Shown piece after piece: positions 49,301 to 59,626 of a stretch of DNA of 64,000 nt (its first letter is position 1; each line of letters opens with the position of its first letter). Under the pieces are notes generated by a model, which saw nothing but the letters and a program-made list of their open reading frames with translations, searched no databases and was not told the DNA's origin. The translations under genes and the position numbers were made by a program. This DNA comes from an uncultured Erysipelotrichaceae bacterium (GTDB lineage: Bacteria; Bacillota_I; Bacilli_A; RF39; UBA660): the NCBI GenBank assembly GCA_902801795.1, contig CADCJQ010000010.1:2358-66357 (forward strand), read 5' to 3'.

Positions 49301-52300
49301 CCACCAATATTACCACCAATTATATTAACTCTTCCTTTAGAATTATTACTTGTAAGAATTCCTGTATAAGCAGCATTACCTCCACCAAATACATGATGAG
49401 TAATTGTACTATTTCCCTCAACAAGAATATTTGTGTTTGTATGAACTGTTGCTGTAACACCATTTCCACCGGCATAGGCACTGCCTCCTATCGTAGTACC
49501 ATTGATAGTAACATCCGTACTTCCTAAAACCGCTGCATTATTACCTCCACCAAATACATTATTACTAATTGTACCCGTAGATGTTAAAACAGTTGTATTA
49601 CCTGTAACATTGGCATTGTTTCCACCACCATATATATTAGTAACGGTTGCAGTTGTGTAATTAACATTAGTATTAGTTGTTGTACCTCCAGCATTATTTC
49701 CACCATATATATCAGTATAAGTTCCACCTGTTACAATAACATTTGATGTTCCTACAACACCGCTTGTATCACTTCCACCAAAAACATAATTTGCAACACC
49801 ACTTGATAGATTAACATTTGTTGTAGTACAAGACGCTTTCTTTCCTCCACCAAAGATATATGAAGTTGGATTATTAGAGGTTGATTTAAAGTTTACATTT
49901 GACGTTCCATGATTAGCTTCACAACCACCACCATAGATATTACTTACTATTCCATTATTTATATCAACATTACTTACTGTTGTTGTTCCACCAGCATTAT
50001 TTCCACCATAAACGGTTGTAATTGTTCCACCATCTATATCAACATTACTAACTGCTGTTGTTCCACCAACATTATTTCCACCAAATACATTCGTAATTGT
50101 TCCATTATTTATATCAACATTACTTACAGGAACTGTTCCACTTATATTACTTCCACCAAATACATTTGTAATAGTTCCATTTTGAACATCAACATTTGTT
50201 GAAACTGTAACATCAGCACTTTCACCACCACCATAGACATTGGTAATTGAAGAATTTACTAATACATTAGTAGTTCCTGTACTAGCTAAACATCCTCCAC
50301 CATATGCTGTCGTTACATTTCCACCATTTATTGTTACATTAGAAACCGTTGTCGTTCCACCAACATTATTTCCACCATATACTTTATTTGCAACACCACT
50401 TGTTACTATTACATTACTTTCTGGAACAACACCACTTGTATTACTTCCACCAAAAACATTGGTTGTAGTACTACCATTCAAATTAACATTTGTATTTGTT
50501 ACAATACCCGCTTTATTACCGCCACCATATACATCTATTATATTACCACTATTTAAATTAACATTGGTAATATCCGTAGAGGCTTCATTGCCACCACCAT
50601 AAATAGTACCTACTGTAGATCCATTAGCTAAAATATTGCTATTTGTTGTTGTTCCACCAATATTATTACCACCATAAACAGTAGTTGCATTTCCACCTGT
50701 TAAAGTAATGTTAGTTGTTAATACATCACCTGATTCATTACTTCCTCCATATATATTAGTAAAATTACCACCTTGTAAATATACATTAGTTGTCGTTGCT
50801 CCACTCTTATTGCTTCCTCCAAAGACATCTATGGCTTGACCACCTTGTAAATATACATTAGTAGTAGGTACTGACGCTAAATTTCCACCTCCAAATACTT
50901 TCGTAATTGAAGAATTATTTTTAACATAAACTCTAACATCACTGCTTAAAGAATCGGCTTCATTACCACCACCATAGACATTCCCTATAGTAGCAGCATT
51001 AGTATATCCTCCTGTATTAACCGTAATATTTCCATAAGATCCTCCACCAGAATTATTACCACCATAAAAACTATTAGAGTAACTTCCTTCTTTAATATTT
51101 AAAGTACAACTTCCCATGTTATTACCTAATGTATTATCAAGAGAATTTCCCATACTTCCACAATAAGTATCTCCTTGTAAAGAAATTGTTGGCGTACTTG
51201 ATGTATCATCAATATCAAAATTAATATTACCGATAACGGTTCCTAAAGCACTACCACCATATGAATCTCCTTTAATAATTACCGATTTATTATCTTGTAT
51301 TGATACATTTATATTTCCAGCAACATTTGTATCTTCTCCATAACCTCCACCAAAAAGACTACTATTATTATTATCAGAATCATAATTTATTGTACCACCT
51401 AAAATATTTATTGTAATATCACCAGCAACATCACCAATTTCACATGATCCACCATAAAGTGCCTTTTTTATTTCTCCGCCTGTCATTGTGATATTAACAT
51501 CACCGTTTACTCTATTAGAGGCAGTTGCTACATAATTAGTTGCTACACTTTGTGTCTTAAAAGATAAATTATTTATAGTTGTATTGGTATTTGTTAATAC
51601 CCAATTGTTATTAAACCCTAAATAAAAAGTATCCGTTAATTCATTATGATTAACATTATATCTTGCAAAATAAAAGTTATTAGCATTAGAATTATTAGTT
51701 GTTGTTGTCCAACCATTATTATATGTTAAATAATAAGTTCTAAAAAATGTACTATAGTAGAAATTTCTTCCATCACTTTGCCATGTATTAGGATTGCTTC
51801 CTAATGTTAAATTATAACTAAAAAACCCACTAGATGCCATATAAAGATATAAACCGGTTGCAACATTTCTTATGGTATATTCTCCATCACTCTCCTCAAT
51901 AACCCATAGATTATTTGATGGAATAGTACTACTACTTAGAGTTGTATTAGAAACACTATTATTAGATACAGATATTGAATTAGCAGTATTTGAATTACTA
52001 TTAGTTATCAAGATTTCTTCACCTGTAATCATAGAAGTACTAAAATTATAAGAAACAGTATAATTATTATAGTAACTTGCTTGTTTATAAAAAGTTTTAT
52101 TATTAGAATCATATTGCCAAACAGTAGGATTATTATCCAATTTTAAAGTTGGATTATTTAAACTAGTTTCAGAATTTAAATATTGATTACTACTAGCATT
52201 CTTAATAGTATAACCATCATTTTCATTAGTAATTATCCAAAAACTTCTCAAAGAAGATGATGAATTATTTTGTAAAACTACATTATTAATATTATTATTG

Positions 52301-55300
52301 CTAGGAGAAGACAACGCATTTAATGTCGTACCATTTTCTTTAACAATTAAATATCCATTACCTGATACTATATTATCATGATTAACATATGATGTAACTT
52401 GTCCCGTTCCTGATTGAATATCTACTTCACCAATTCCATTTTTATTAGCACCACCATATACATTACCTTCAATAGTACCACCATCAATTTTTAAAGTAAC
52501 ATCATCAGTTACATTTCCATAATTTCCACCACCGTACACACTACCATATATTTTAGCATCGTTAGGAACATCATTATTACCATTTCCTGCTCCTAACACA
52601 GAACCATAACTAACACCATATAATTCACCACTACCAATTGTTCCAATTTTAGCTTTACCACCTATATGAACATTTGTACTTCCTTGCATTTTTCCAGATT
52701 GTTGTCCGGTAGAATCAGTAGCAAAAACACCATTACTTCCACCAGAAACACTATATTCTATATCTCCACCAGTAACAGAAATATATCTATTACCATAAGT
52801 TGTAGATACACCAGCGCCACCTACTATATTAGTAACCTTACCTGCTTTAACATATATCTTGGTAGCAACACTATCTTGGTAGCTTGAGTAAAGACGAAGA
52901 CCGCCTACAATATTAGAAACATATCCCCCTTCCATAACCAATACCCTAGGTGAAATATCAGTCGTAGAACTAGTTGCATTTACTGTAAGACCGCCAACAT
53001 ATATACCGGAATAAGCACGATTTTCATCAGTTGGATTATCATTAAAATACTTATATCCAATATTTCCACTTTTTACATTAATTAAATAAGCAGGTTCTGA
53101 AGAACTAGTCTTACCAACAATTCCGTAATTATTTGAACTTCCTGCACGATAATAAATTTGTAAATGATCATTCGTATTGGAAACTCGATCATAATCATTT
53201 CCTAAAACAAATGTCATTTTGCCATAATAATTAACGGCATTATTGGAACTATAATTACCATCATTAGCAATACGAACACCCATAATAGATGAATATCTTC
53301 CAGTTTCAATAACAAAACGATAATCATTATTATGACTATTACTACTTCCTAAAGAACTAGAATCACTTCCACCATAAGCAATACCAAAAATAGATGATGA
53401 ATTATCAGCCCATGAAGTAGGATTCATCCCTCTTCCAATTCTAACATTATTATAATTACCTTCTAATACGGCATATGTTTCACTATAATCAGTTGTTGTT
53501 GTTCCATTTGTTACCGCATTATATCCACTTGCAGCAATTGATAAATATTCAAGTTGTAAATCATTATAAGCTGAAACAAAAGCATAACCATAATCAACAT
53601 CATCTGTTAAATCTAAAGTTACATCATTTCTATAATCAACATGATTATATAAACTAGTTATTGTTACTGCCACATTATTACTACTTGTATAATTATTATT
53701 TGATGTCATATTACCAGTATTAGTTGTTCTTATTTCCCTTTCAACGGTATAAGTAGCAAAATTAAATCTATTATTAGAATCAACATCTCTTATCTCAAAA
53801 CCATTATTATATCTTAAATAATAATTAACTATATTACTAACATAATTGGTATCAACTGTTTTTAAAGATATTGTTGTATTATTTCCAATAGTATCAACAA
53901 GACCCCATTCGTTATTACTAAAAGATAGATAAACATTAGTATTTTGATAACTACTATTTGTAACCCTAGATGTAAAATATAATTCTGTCGCTTGATTTGC
54001 ATTGGTTGTTGTTGACCATGCACCATTATTATATCTTAAATAATATCTAGTATTAGTATTTCTTTGATAATATAAATAATGATTACTAGAATTATACATC
54101 CAAACTCTTTGTGTATTACTAGTTGATAATGTACCATTATTACTACTATATAAATACCTATTATTTCTAACATTTCTTACTGTATAACCACTACCGTAAT
54201 TATTTAATAACCACTGACTAGCATCAGTTGGTTCAGTATCGGTCATATCAAAATAAGTTAGAGCATTACCATTTACCGATAAAGCAATTAAATTACTATC
54301 ATTACCATTAGTTATATAATAATTACTTCCACTATTGATGTAATTAGCATGATTATATGAATATGTTATATAATTAATTAAAGTTTGTCGATAAAATGCA
54401 TTATTTACATTATCATAATTCCATACCGAAGGATTATTAACAAGTGTTAAATCCGCTCCATTATTACCATTATCAACACTTGATAAATATCTATTATTAT
54501 TATTTTTAAAAGTATATCCTCCGTTTTCATTGGTAACAGTCCATAAAGCACTTGCATCATAATTTCTATTATCAAAACTAACATTAGATAAATTATTATT
54601 TAAAGTATTACTTTCAGATGTATTGGTAACAAGATATTTTTCACCACTAACAATATTATCTACATCATTATAAGTATATTCATTATATGATAAATCAACT
54701 ACAGTATAAAATTTTCTACTCGTACTATCATAATCCCATAAAGTAGCATTATTACTCATATTTAAAGTTACATTATTACCATTTACTACAAAAGATAAAT
54801 ATCTATTTGTATCATAATTTCTAATAGAATATAAACCATTACTTTCCGTAATAATCCATTTAGTATCATCCGAAGGTTCAACCATAGTAGATAGTATAGT
54901 ATAATCAACACCATTATCATCTGTTAAAGCATACCTTGTATTACCAACCATATATTCAATAATATGAGGATTATTATCAAAAGTCGTTTTATCATTATAA
55001 TTAACAGTAATATTATATGTATGAGTGATGCTCCTAGAATAATTAGGACTCATTGACAAATCACCAATTAATACAATAATATTTCTTTCACGATCATTTA
55101 TATCAGTACTATTATTTTGTAAAAGACTAAAGGCTCTTCCCCAAGATCCAACGGCATCATCCGGTGTACTACCATCAAAATTATCATCACCCAATGTTCC
55201 TTTTAGATATACAACATGAGCATTAATCCAATTAGCATAAATATTAACAGTTTGATTATTACCAGATTTTGTAACCTTAATTGTTTGTACATTTGTCTTA

Positions 55301-55788
55301 TTATCTTTAGTAATAATACCATCAGTACTTGTCCAACCACCAAAAGCTTTATTATCTGGTCTATCACTAAAAGGATTATCTATAAGATCAATTGAAATTT
55401 CATTATTAACAACAGGGTAATATTTATAATATGTAAATTTATTTTGTCTTTCAGTAAGTGAAACATATCCGCAAACAGCTGGTGTACAACTATTAACATC
55501 ACTACCATAACCATGATATACAACAGTTACACTTGCTAAATTGCTATCACTATATGTCACACTATTAGAATTAATATCATCAACATAATTCATTCCCAAA
55601 TAATAGTAATAATCACTTTCCAAATCATTAACATAAACTGTATCACCATCAATATGAGAACGTGTATCAGTAACATCCTCAGAAAATGTTTTAAATAAAT
55701 TAATTGACAAAAAAAGAAGAATAGTAATAACGAAAAAAACTACTATTAAACGATTAAATAAATATTTATTATTAATAAGTTTTTTCAT
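46396..55788 (-). CDS. Giant 3,130-aa secreted repeat protein (putative adhesin)
   Basis: N-terminal TM helix; ricin-B-like motifs (N.YL...W.YD); more than 25 [NT][VI][YF]GG[GSN]N repeats; no LPXTG. Confidence 0.85.
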   Translation of the reverse strand: MKKLINNKYLFNRLIVVFFVITILLFLSINLFKTFSEDVTDTRSHIDGDTVYVNDLESDYYYYLGMNYVDDINSNSVTYSDSNLASVTVVYHGYGSDVNSCTPAVCGYVSLTERQNKFTYYKYYPVVNNEISIDLIDNPFSDRPDNKAFGGWTSTDGIITKDNKTNVQTIKVTKSGNNQTVNIYANWINAHVVYLKGTLGDDNFDGSTPDDAVGSWGRAFSLLQNNSTDINDRERNIIVLIGDLSMSPNYSRSITHTYNITVNYNDKTTFDNNPHIIEYMVGNTRYALTDDNGVDYTILSTMVEPSDDTKWIITESNGLYSIRNYDTNRYLSFVVNGNNVTLNMSNNATLWDYDSTSRKFYTVVDLSYNEYTYNDVDNIVSGEKYLVTNTSESNTLNNNLSNVSFDNRNYDASALWTVTNENGGYTFKNNNNRYLSSVDNGNNGADLTLVNNPSVWNYDNVNNAFYRQTLINYITYSYNHANYINSGSNYYITNGNDSNLIALSVNGNALTYFDMTDTEPTDASQWLLNNYGSGYTVRNVRNNRYLYSSNNGTLSTSNTQRVWMYNSSNHYLYYQRNTNTRYYLRYNNGAWSTTTNANQATELYFTSRVTNSSYQNTNVYLSFSNNEWGLVDTIGNNTTISLKTVDTNYVSNIVNYYLRYNNGFEIRDVDSNNRFNFATYTVEREIRTTNTGNMTSNNNYTSSNNVAVTITSLYNHVDYRNDVTLDLTDDVDYGYAFVSAYNDLQLEYLSIAASGYNAVTNGTTTTDYSETYAVLEGNYNNVRIGRGMNPTSWADNSSSIFGIAYGGSDSSSLGSSNSHNNDYRFVIETGRYSSIMGVRIANDGNYSSNNAVNYYGKMTFVLGNDYDRVSNTNDHLQIYYRAGSSNNYGIVGKTSSSEPAYLINVKSGNIGYKYFNDNPTDENRAYSGIYVGGLTVNATSSTTDISPRVLVMEGGYVSNIVGGLRLYSSYQDSVATKIYVKAGKVTNIVGGAGVSTTYGNRYISVTGGDIEYSVSGGSNGVFATDSTGQQSGKMQGSTNVHIGGKAKIGTIGSGELYGVSYGSVLGAGNGNNDVPNDAKIYGSVYGGGNYGNVTDDVTLKIDGGTIEGNVYGGANKNGIGEVDIQSGTGQVTSYVNHDNIVSGNGYLIVKENGTTLNALSSPSNNNINNVVLQNNSSSSLRSFWIITNENDGYTIKNASSNQYLNSETSLNNPTLKLDNNPTVWQYDSNNKTFYKQASYYNNYTVSYNFSTSMITGEEILITNSNSNTANSISVSNNSVSNTTLSSSTIPSNNLWVIEESDGEYTIRNVATGLYLYMASSGFFSYNLTLGSNPNTWQSDGRNFYYSTFFRTYYLTYNNGWTTTTNNSNANNFYFARYNVNHNELTDTFYLGFNNNWVLTNTNTTINNLSFKTQSVATNYVATASNRVNGDVNITMTGGEIKKALYGGSCEIGDVAGDITINILGGTINYDSDNNNSSLFGGGYGEDTNVAGNINVSIQDNKSVIIKGDSYGGSALGTVIGNINFDIDDTSSTPTISLQGDTYCGSMGNSLDNTLGNNMGSCTLNIKEGSYSNSFYGGNNSGGGSYGNITVNTGGYTNAATIGNVYGGGNEADSLSSDVRVYVKNNSSITKVFGGGNLASVPTTNVYLQGGQAIDVFGGSNKSGATTTNVYLQGGNFTNIYGGSNESGDVLTTNITLTGGNATTVYGGNNIGGTTTNSNILANGSTVGTIYGGGNEASTDITNVNLNSGNIIDVYGGGNKAGIVTNTNVNLNGSTTTNVFGGSNTSGVVPESNVIVTSGVANKVYGGNNVGGTTTVSNVTINGGNVTTAYGGGCLASTGTTNVLVNSSITNVYGGGESADVTVSTNVDVQNGTITNVFGGSNISGTVPVSNVDINNGTITNVFGGNNVGGTTAVSNVDIDGGTITTVYGGNNAGGTTTVSNVDINNGIVSNIYGGGCEANHGTSNVNFKSTSNNPTSYIFGGGKKASCTTTNVNLSSGVANYVFGGSDTSGVVGTSNVIVTGGTYTDIYGGNNAGGTTTNTNVNYTTATVTNIYGGGNNANVTGNTTVLTSTGTISNNVFGGGNNAAVLGSTDVTINGTTIGGSAYAGGNGVTATVHTNTNILVEGNSTITHHVFGGGNAAYTGILTSNNSKGRVNIIGGNIGGNVYGGANTSVLYGDTMVNIGYNSVVANIGNEVNINDLVKSDINIAGTVFGGGEANASGSEDYDYSFISVTVGIIINIDGATHNNFDIGGSIFGSGNASSTTGYSRIYINNYGTESDIKENISIQRADLVVLNNSNIELSGATDRTNEYSSVLFSVSRIDELDLVNNSTLYFQNGANLLKKFRSLKDNNTLATVTIDEDNETVTKNVNNRIYMLEDKILNIATNQNITSYGEVDGMTFLGMYKKERTGEIVVAMYDTDYNYGDTANNNDIYYFSGGTYVLGLHEDNHNIEVDGFYSNFVSDEEGEGNTLKVKYIVPTPEDSSYYMWIIGTSVTSYEVDLVASKYSTLGTYELPLIDYTTANTYFTVVGFQYENLDSDVSLVAPNSIPRIANNSDDADNRLGLSIRPGTEGWITLGSTEFLTESDNNISGTTTYYTENSSMAPSLLFYLYHSKNLATNGNLGYVTIKLLAITPINDLEKETTRIDIVVNLSRAIYQGDFYEAAMTPGRQYEFFSSSPTRITSKSSLSAYYALYVNSDTSIYRNGYHHSLVSDKLLPVNTKITMIDFASGSSPEYYYYITNANDNIDIINNYNLYLTYSYDLSKFIKMGSSSVNNTYDEETLKNIYYNQTNKMAVEEFIFIVDFCDAEIASNYLETSLLMEIRTSTEQTIYSVLGTQHDSMKYDLYYDSDGVIDVSATLSDNVIHVGNDTTLRVTTSFELEKDNSNNNILDTTYYDNKLGIKLTIFDENNNQVNGIDLMGVSFIYNGITHYPRSDGTVRINLAEKVANVYSSIIIDTTDGNLSGGNYTLKVESFYSPDGIYYGIDSSDECDVSFRIMEKNYGLDIVLDDEYLIIDHETSHNLNDNNQFNFNILYSSSLVNPNLRIALFRRTYNNVYDLSYELVDIKDYLEGTFNNTSDENVYKFFTNPGSNVNNQYILKDNLITGTYKLVIYLYDGDVNVGNIYKYFVIK

Positions 55789-55812
55789 TATTCATCCTCC
55801 TATATCTTTTTA

Positions 55813-56811
55813 TTATGGATTTAAGGTAAACTGTAAATTATATCTTATGTCACCAAAAGATGCATTATTTTCACTATCAACATCTTGTCCTTCTAACCAC
55901 ATATATATTTTTATTTTTGTAATACCTTTTTTTATATCAAATAGTTCTTTATTTTCATTATTTACACTTTTTGTATAAACCTTTACATTTACAGGTTTAA
56001 AATAATTTGGGTAATATGTACTATTAGCTTTTTTTATATTAATATTTTGAGAAAGCAATATTGGATTAATTAAACCATCATAAAGTATTATATCAGCATT
56101 CTCTTCTGTAGTTATGATATTAAATACAGATAAAGCATTGGATACACCACTTCTTGTATGAACATCATAATTAGGTTCCCAAATATAGACATCATCAATA
56201 CTTCCACCATTTAAATTTTGAACAGTATTAATATTAGTTTCTTTAGGAACATTTCCTTCAATAACAAAAGCAACTCGCGCGGAATTTTCAATACCAACAC
56301 TTTCTTCACCAAGATACGTTACAAAAGATTCGTTACTTAAATATAATTTTCTATCAACACTAGTTCGAACAAAGATATCAAAAGAAATAAAATTTCCTAG
56401 ACAATCTTCACCACTACATCTAGTTTCAACTTGTCTTTTGCTAGATAATATATATTCTCCACTATCAACATTTTCCAAGTTACCATAATACATATATAAA
56501 TAACCATTACCATCAGTTATACCTGCAGTTGACATTGGCATAAATTTAGATGGTACTTGATTAGTACATGTACTATATGTTCTATAAGCTTCAATAATAT
56601 CACTTACAGATAATACACTTTTCCAATCTAAAGCATCGGTAGATATTTCTATACCACCATCAGTTTCAACATGAACATCAACAAATTCTATATCAGTAAT
56701 TCTATTAGTAGAAAACCATGCATAAGTAGATGTACCTAAAAAAATCCCTACAACAAGAAACCATAACAATAAAAACCAAAATTTTCTTGTTCTCTTTTTA
56801 TCTTTTCTCAT
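55813..56811 (-). CDS. TasA/camelysin-like secreted subunit with SipW-type signal
   Basis: STYAWF after TM helix; paralog of 40563..41783. Confidence 0.72.
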   Translation of the reverse strand: MRKDKKRTRKFWFLLLWFLVVGIFLGTSTYAWFSTNRITDIEFVDVHVETDGGIEISTDALDWKSVLSVSDIIEAYRTYSTCTNQVPSKFMPMSTAGITDGNGYLYMYYGNLENVDSGEYILSSKRQVETRCSGEDCLGNFISFDIFVRTSVDRKLYLSNESFVTYLGEESVGIENSARVAFVIEGNVPKETNINTVQNLNGGSIDDVYIWEPNYDVHTRSGVSNALSVFNIITTEENADIILYDGLINPILLSQNINIKKANSTYYPNYFKPVNVKVYTKSVNNENKELFDIKKGITKIKIYMWLEGQDVDSENNASFGDIRYNLQFTLNP

Positions 56812-56819
56812 TATAGCAC

Positions 56820-57602
56820 CTAATCTTCCGTGACATTTAATTCAGTAGATACATCAGCATTAATAGTATCTTTACTATTTTCAATAAAATGTCTTGTTTC
56901 TTCATCAAAATGTTCATCAGTTATACTCATACTAATTTTTATTTCCCCACCAAGAAGTTTATCAACACATTCAGGATCATCACCTTCAAGCCAAATAACA
57001 ACCGTTATCTTATCAACCTCTCCTGGTTTTAATCTAGGTCTATTTTCTAAAACAGGAATATCATTTTTATAAAAGACTTTAGTACCTTTTTCTGCTTCTC
57101 CTGTTAATGGATTAGCCTTTGCATAAACTGTTTCGGTATCATTTAAAACAATCATAATTCTAATCGCTTCATCAACATTTTTTATAACATCTTCAATCAT
57201 AACTTTATACCAATAATCTTGAATTTCAGTACCTTGATTATCTACATAAAAAGTATAAGCAATATAATTATCACCATTATGACTACCACCAGTAAAATCT
57301 TTAATATTACTAGGCAGCCAATCAATAGAAATATTATCCATAAATTTAAGTTCTTCAGCATATAACTTTCTTACATGTTTATGAACTTCTTTTTCAGTAT
57401 AAATAGCAAGACCAGCCTCAAGTCTAAAATTAGGATCCAATGTAACAGTAAAACTACCTCCATTGTATGCAAGACTTAAAACAACAAATAAACTCATCAA
57501 AAAAATAATTAAAATAACAATTATTATGCGATATTTTTTAGCTCTTGCTTTTCTATTTTTTATTTTATCCGCTGTATAAACAACATACGCTTCTTTTGCC
57601 AT
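56820..57602 (-). CDS. Membrane-anchored camelysin-like protein
   Basis: N-terminal TM helix; C-terminal VVIWLEGDDPECVDKLLGG resembles the subunit C-termini. Confidence 0.65.
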   Translation of the reverse strand: MAKEAYVVYTADKIKNRKARAKKYRIIIVILIIFLMSLFVVLSLAYNGGSFTVTLDPNFRLEAGLAIYTEKEVHKHVRKLYAEELKFMDNISIDWLPSNIKDFTGGSHNGDNYIAYTFYVDNQGTEIQDYWYKVMIEDVIKNVDEAIRIMIVLNDTETVYAKANPLTGEAEKGTKVFYKNDIPVLENRPRLKPGEVDKITVVIWLEGDDPECVDKLLGGEIKISMSITDEHFDEETRHFIENSKDTINADVSTELNVTED

Positions 57603-57806
57603 AACCTACTCCATACTATATATAGTTTATCATACATGACCTTTTCTTTCAAGAACAAAAGACAAAAATAATAAAAAGACAAAAAAATAAAAAACTCTTA
57701 AAAATGCTAAAAATATCAAAATACAATATTATACGTTTCATTTTACATTATTTTACACAAAGATTTTACAATATTTAACTTTTACTATTTACATTAATAA
57801 TTATAT

Positions 57807-58415
57807 ATGGTATTCTACAATCAGGAGGAGAATATGAGATACAATAGAAAAATAATACTTTTAATGCTATGTGTTTCAATATTATTATGTATTCTAACAA
57901 TGCAAGAAACATATGCTAAATATTCAACCTCTAATAACGCAACAAGTAATATGTCAATCGCAAGATGGCGAATTCTTGTTAATAACTTTGACATTAGAAA
58001 TGATTTATCAGCATCAACAGTTATTCAACCAGTATTTAGTGGAAATAACAATATTAGTGATGGATATATCGCTCCAACCGCTAATGGTTATTTTGATATT
58101 TTAATTGATGCAACAGAAACTGATGTATCATTTAATTACCAAATATCTCTTAATCAAAACTCAGATAATGAAGTTATTGATTTAGCAATTACAGGTTATT
58201 CAATAAATAATGGAGCAACCCAAACATATAATAACAATATTACTGGTTCTATAAATAAAAATGATGTAAATAAAACAATGCAAATTCGTGTGTTTGTAAC
58301 ATGGAATGATGGTGAAGGCTCTGTGATGAACAATCAAGATGATACCAACACAACAGGCGAAAACGCTACTGCAAAATTAGATGTTAATTTAAATTTCATT
58401 CAACAATCTAACTAA
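57807..58415 (+). CDS. Secreted fibre-subunit-like protein (opposite strand)
   Basis: AGGAGG RBS; ETYAKY after TM helix; IARWRILVN, IAPTANGYF. Confidence 0.72.
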   Translation: MVFYNQEENMRYNRKIILLMLCVSILLCILTMQETYAKYSTSNNATSNMSIARWRILVNNFDIRNDLSASTVIQPVFSGNNNISDGYIAPTANGYFDILIDATETDVSFNYQISLNQNSDNEVIDLAITGYSINNGATQTYNNNITGSINKNDVNKTMQIRVFVTWNDGEGSVMNNQDDTNTTGENATAKLDVNLNFIQQSN

Positions 58416-58442
58416 AAAAATAAGTTCAAAACGAACTTATTT

Positions 58443-59057
58443 TTAATTTGCTTGATCAATATGAATTGTTAAGTTAATAGAAATACTTGGAGAATTGGGA
58501 TGAGTATGATTATAGGTATAAGCATTTTCTCCCCACAAAGTATCTACACTATCTAGATTTTCCTCAAAATTCCAAATTACATCAACAGAAAAAGTTGAAG
58601 ATGAAAAAGGTACAAGAATTGTATTATTTACACCTATTAATACTTTAAAAGGGAAATCATTTTCTAACATATCTAAAATATCATCACTAGAATTATTAGC
58701 ATCTACTGTATATGTAGTATCAAGAATTCTTACAGAATTCATTTCAAAACTTACAACAGCATTAGTATCACCATTATTCGTAATAACAACTTCATCATGA
58801 TAATTAGTCATTCCAGGATAAATATCATTAATATCAAATGTTAAAGATTGAGTAACATCCTCTTCATTTTGCAAAAAAGTAATATTCCACGCTCTAACTT
58901 TGGCTCCCATTTCAGTATCAACATGATTTGAAAATACAAACCACGCATAAGTATTAAAAGAAAGAAGAACAATAAGAATAAACAATGTCTTTAATCCTAA
59001 AGTTTTTCTTAATCTATTTAATACAATCTTTATTTCTTTTTTTTTCACATATATCAA
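58443..59057 (-). CDS. Secreted fibre-subunit-like protein
   Basis: NTYAWF; IYPG and ITNNGD camelysin-like motifs. Confidence 0.7.
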   Translation of the reverse strand: MIYVKKKEIKIVLNRLRKTLGLKTLFILIVLLSFNTYAWFVFSNHVDTEMGAKVRAWNITFLQNEEDVTQSLTFDINDIYPGMTNYHDEVVITNNGDTNAVVSFEMNSVRILDTTYTVDANNSSDDILDMLENDFPFKVLIGVNNTILVPFSSSTFSVDVIWNFEENLDSVDTLWGENAYTYNHTHPNSPSISINLTIHIDQAN

Positions 59058-59626
59058 CTCTCACTTTTTTCTTTATCAATTTCATTTTTTATACTAATAA
59101 CTTCATAAAAAACAAAAATAATAAAAGGAACAAAAATAACAAAGAAGAAACCATAAGTATTATTAATAATATGACTTACAATACTTAGTAATTTTAACTT
59201 AAAAGCATATTTACCAAGAATTTGATTACTATTAATTTCTTTATCCTCTATTTGATTAGCATCACCTTTTGTTATAAAATATAAACCATTATCTCTTTTT
59301 TCTTTTTTTATTATTCTATGGGTAACAATTTTCCCTGAAAAACTACCTTCTGTACCATTATATACAACAATATCACCAATATTCAAACTTTCAGGATCAA
59401 CCTTTTTGGATAATATCATATCTTTAACTTTTAATGTAGGATCCATACTTCCAGTAACAACAGTATAAACTCCATATCCACCTAAATTTATACTATTAGA
59501 AGATACTTTTTGTACAACAATAACTAAAAGCAAACAAAAAACAATTACTGTAGCTATATACTTTAATATTTTCATTGAAATTCTCAACGCCTTATTATTC
59601 TCCACTTTTTCTATCAAATTCTTCAT
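59054..59626 (-). CDS. Signal peptidase I, SipW/ER-type (S26)
   Basis: TGSMDP, VTHRII, ITKGDAN; start after GGAGG. Confidence 0.93.
   Translation of the reverse strand: MKNLIEKVENNKALRISMKILKYIATVIVFCLLLVIVVQKVSSNSINLGGYGVYTVVTGSMDPTLKVKDMILSKKVDPESLNIGDIVVYNGTEGSFSGKIVTHRIIKKEKRDNGLYFITKGDANQIEDKEINSNQILGKYAFKLKLLSIVSHIINNTYGFFFVIFVPFIIFVFYEVISIKNEIDKEKSES

Noticed and set aside
57603-58442. Invertible segment explaining the lone plus-strand subunit gene
   Set aside because: No flanking inverted repeats or invertase seen; it has an ordinary divergent promoter region and a bidirectional terminator
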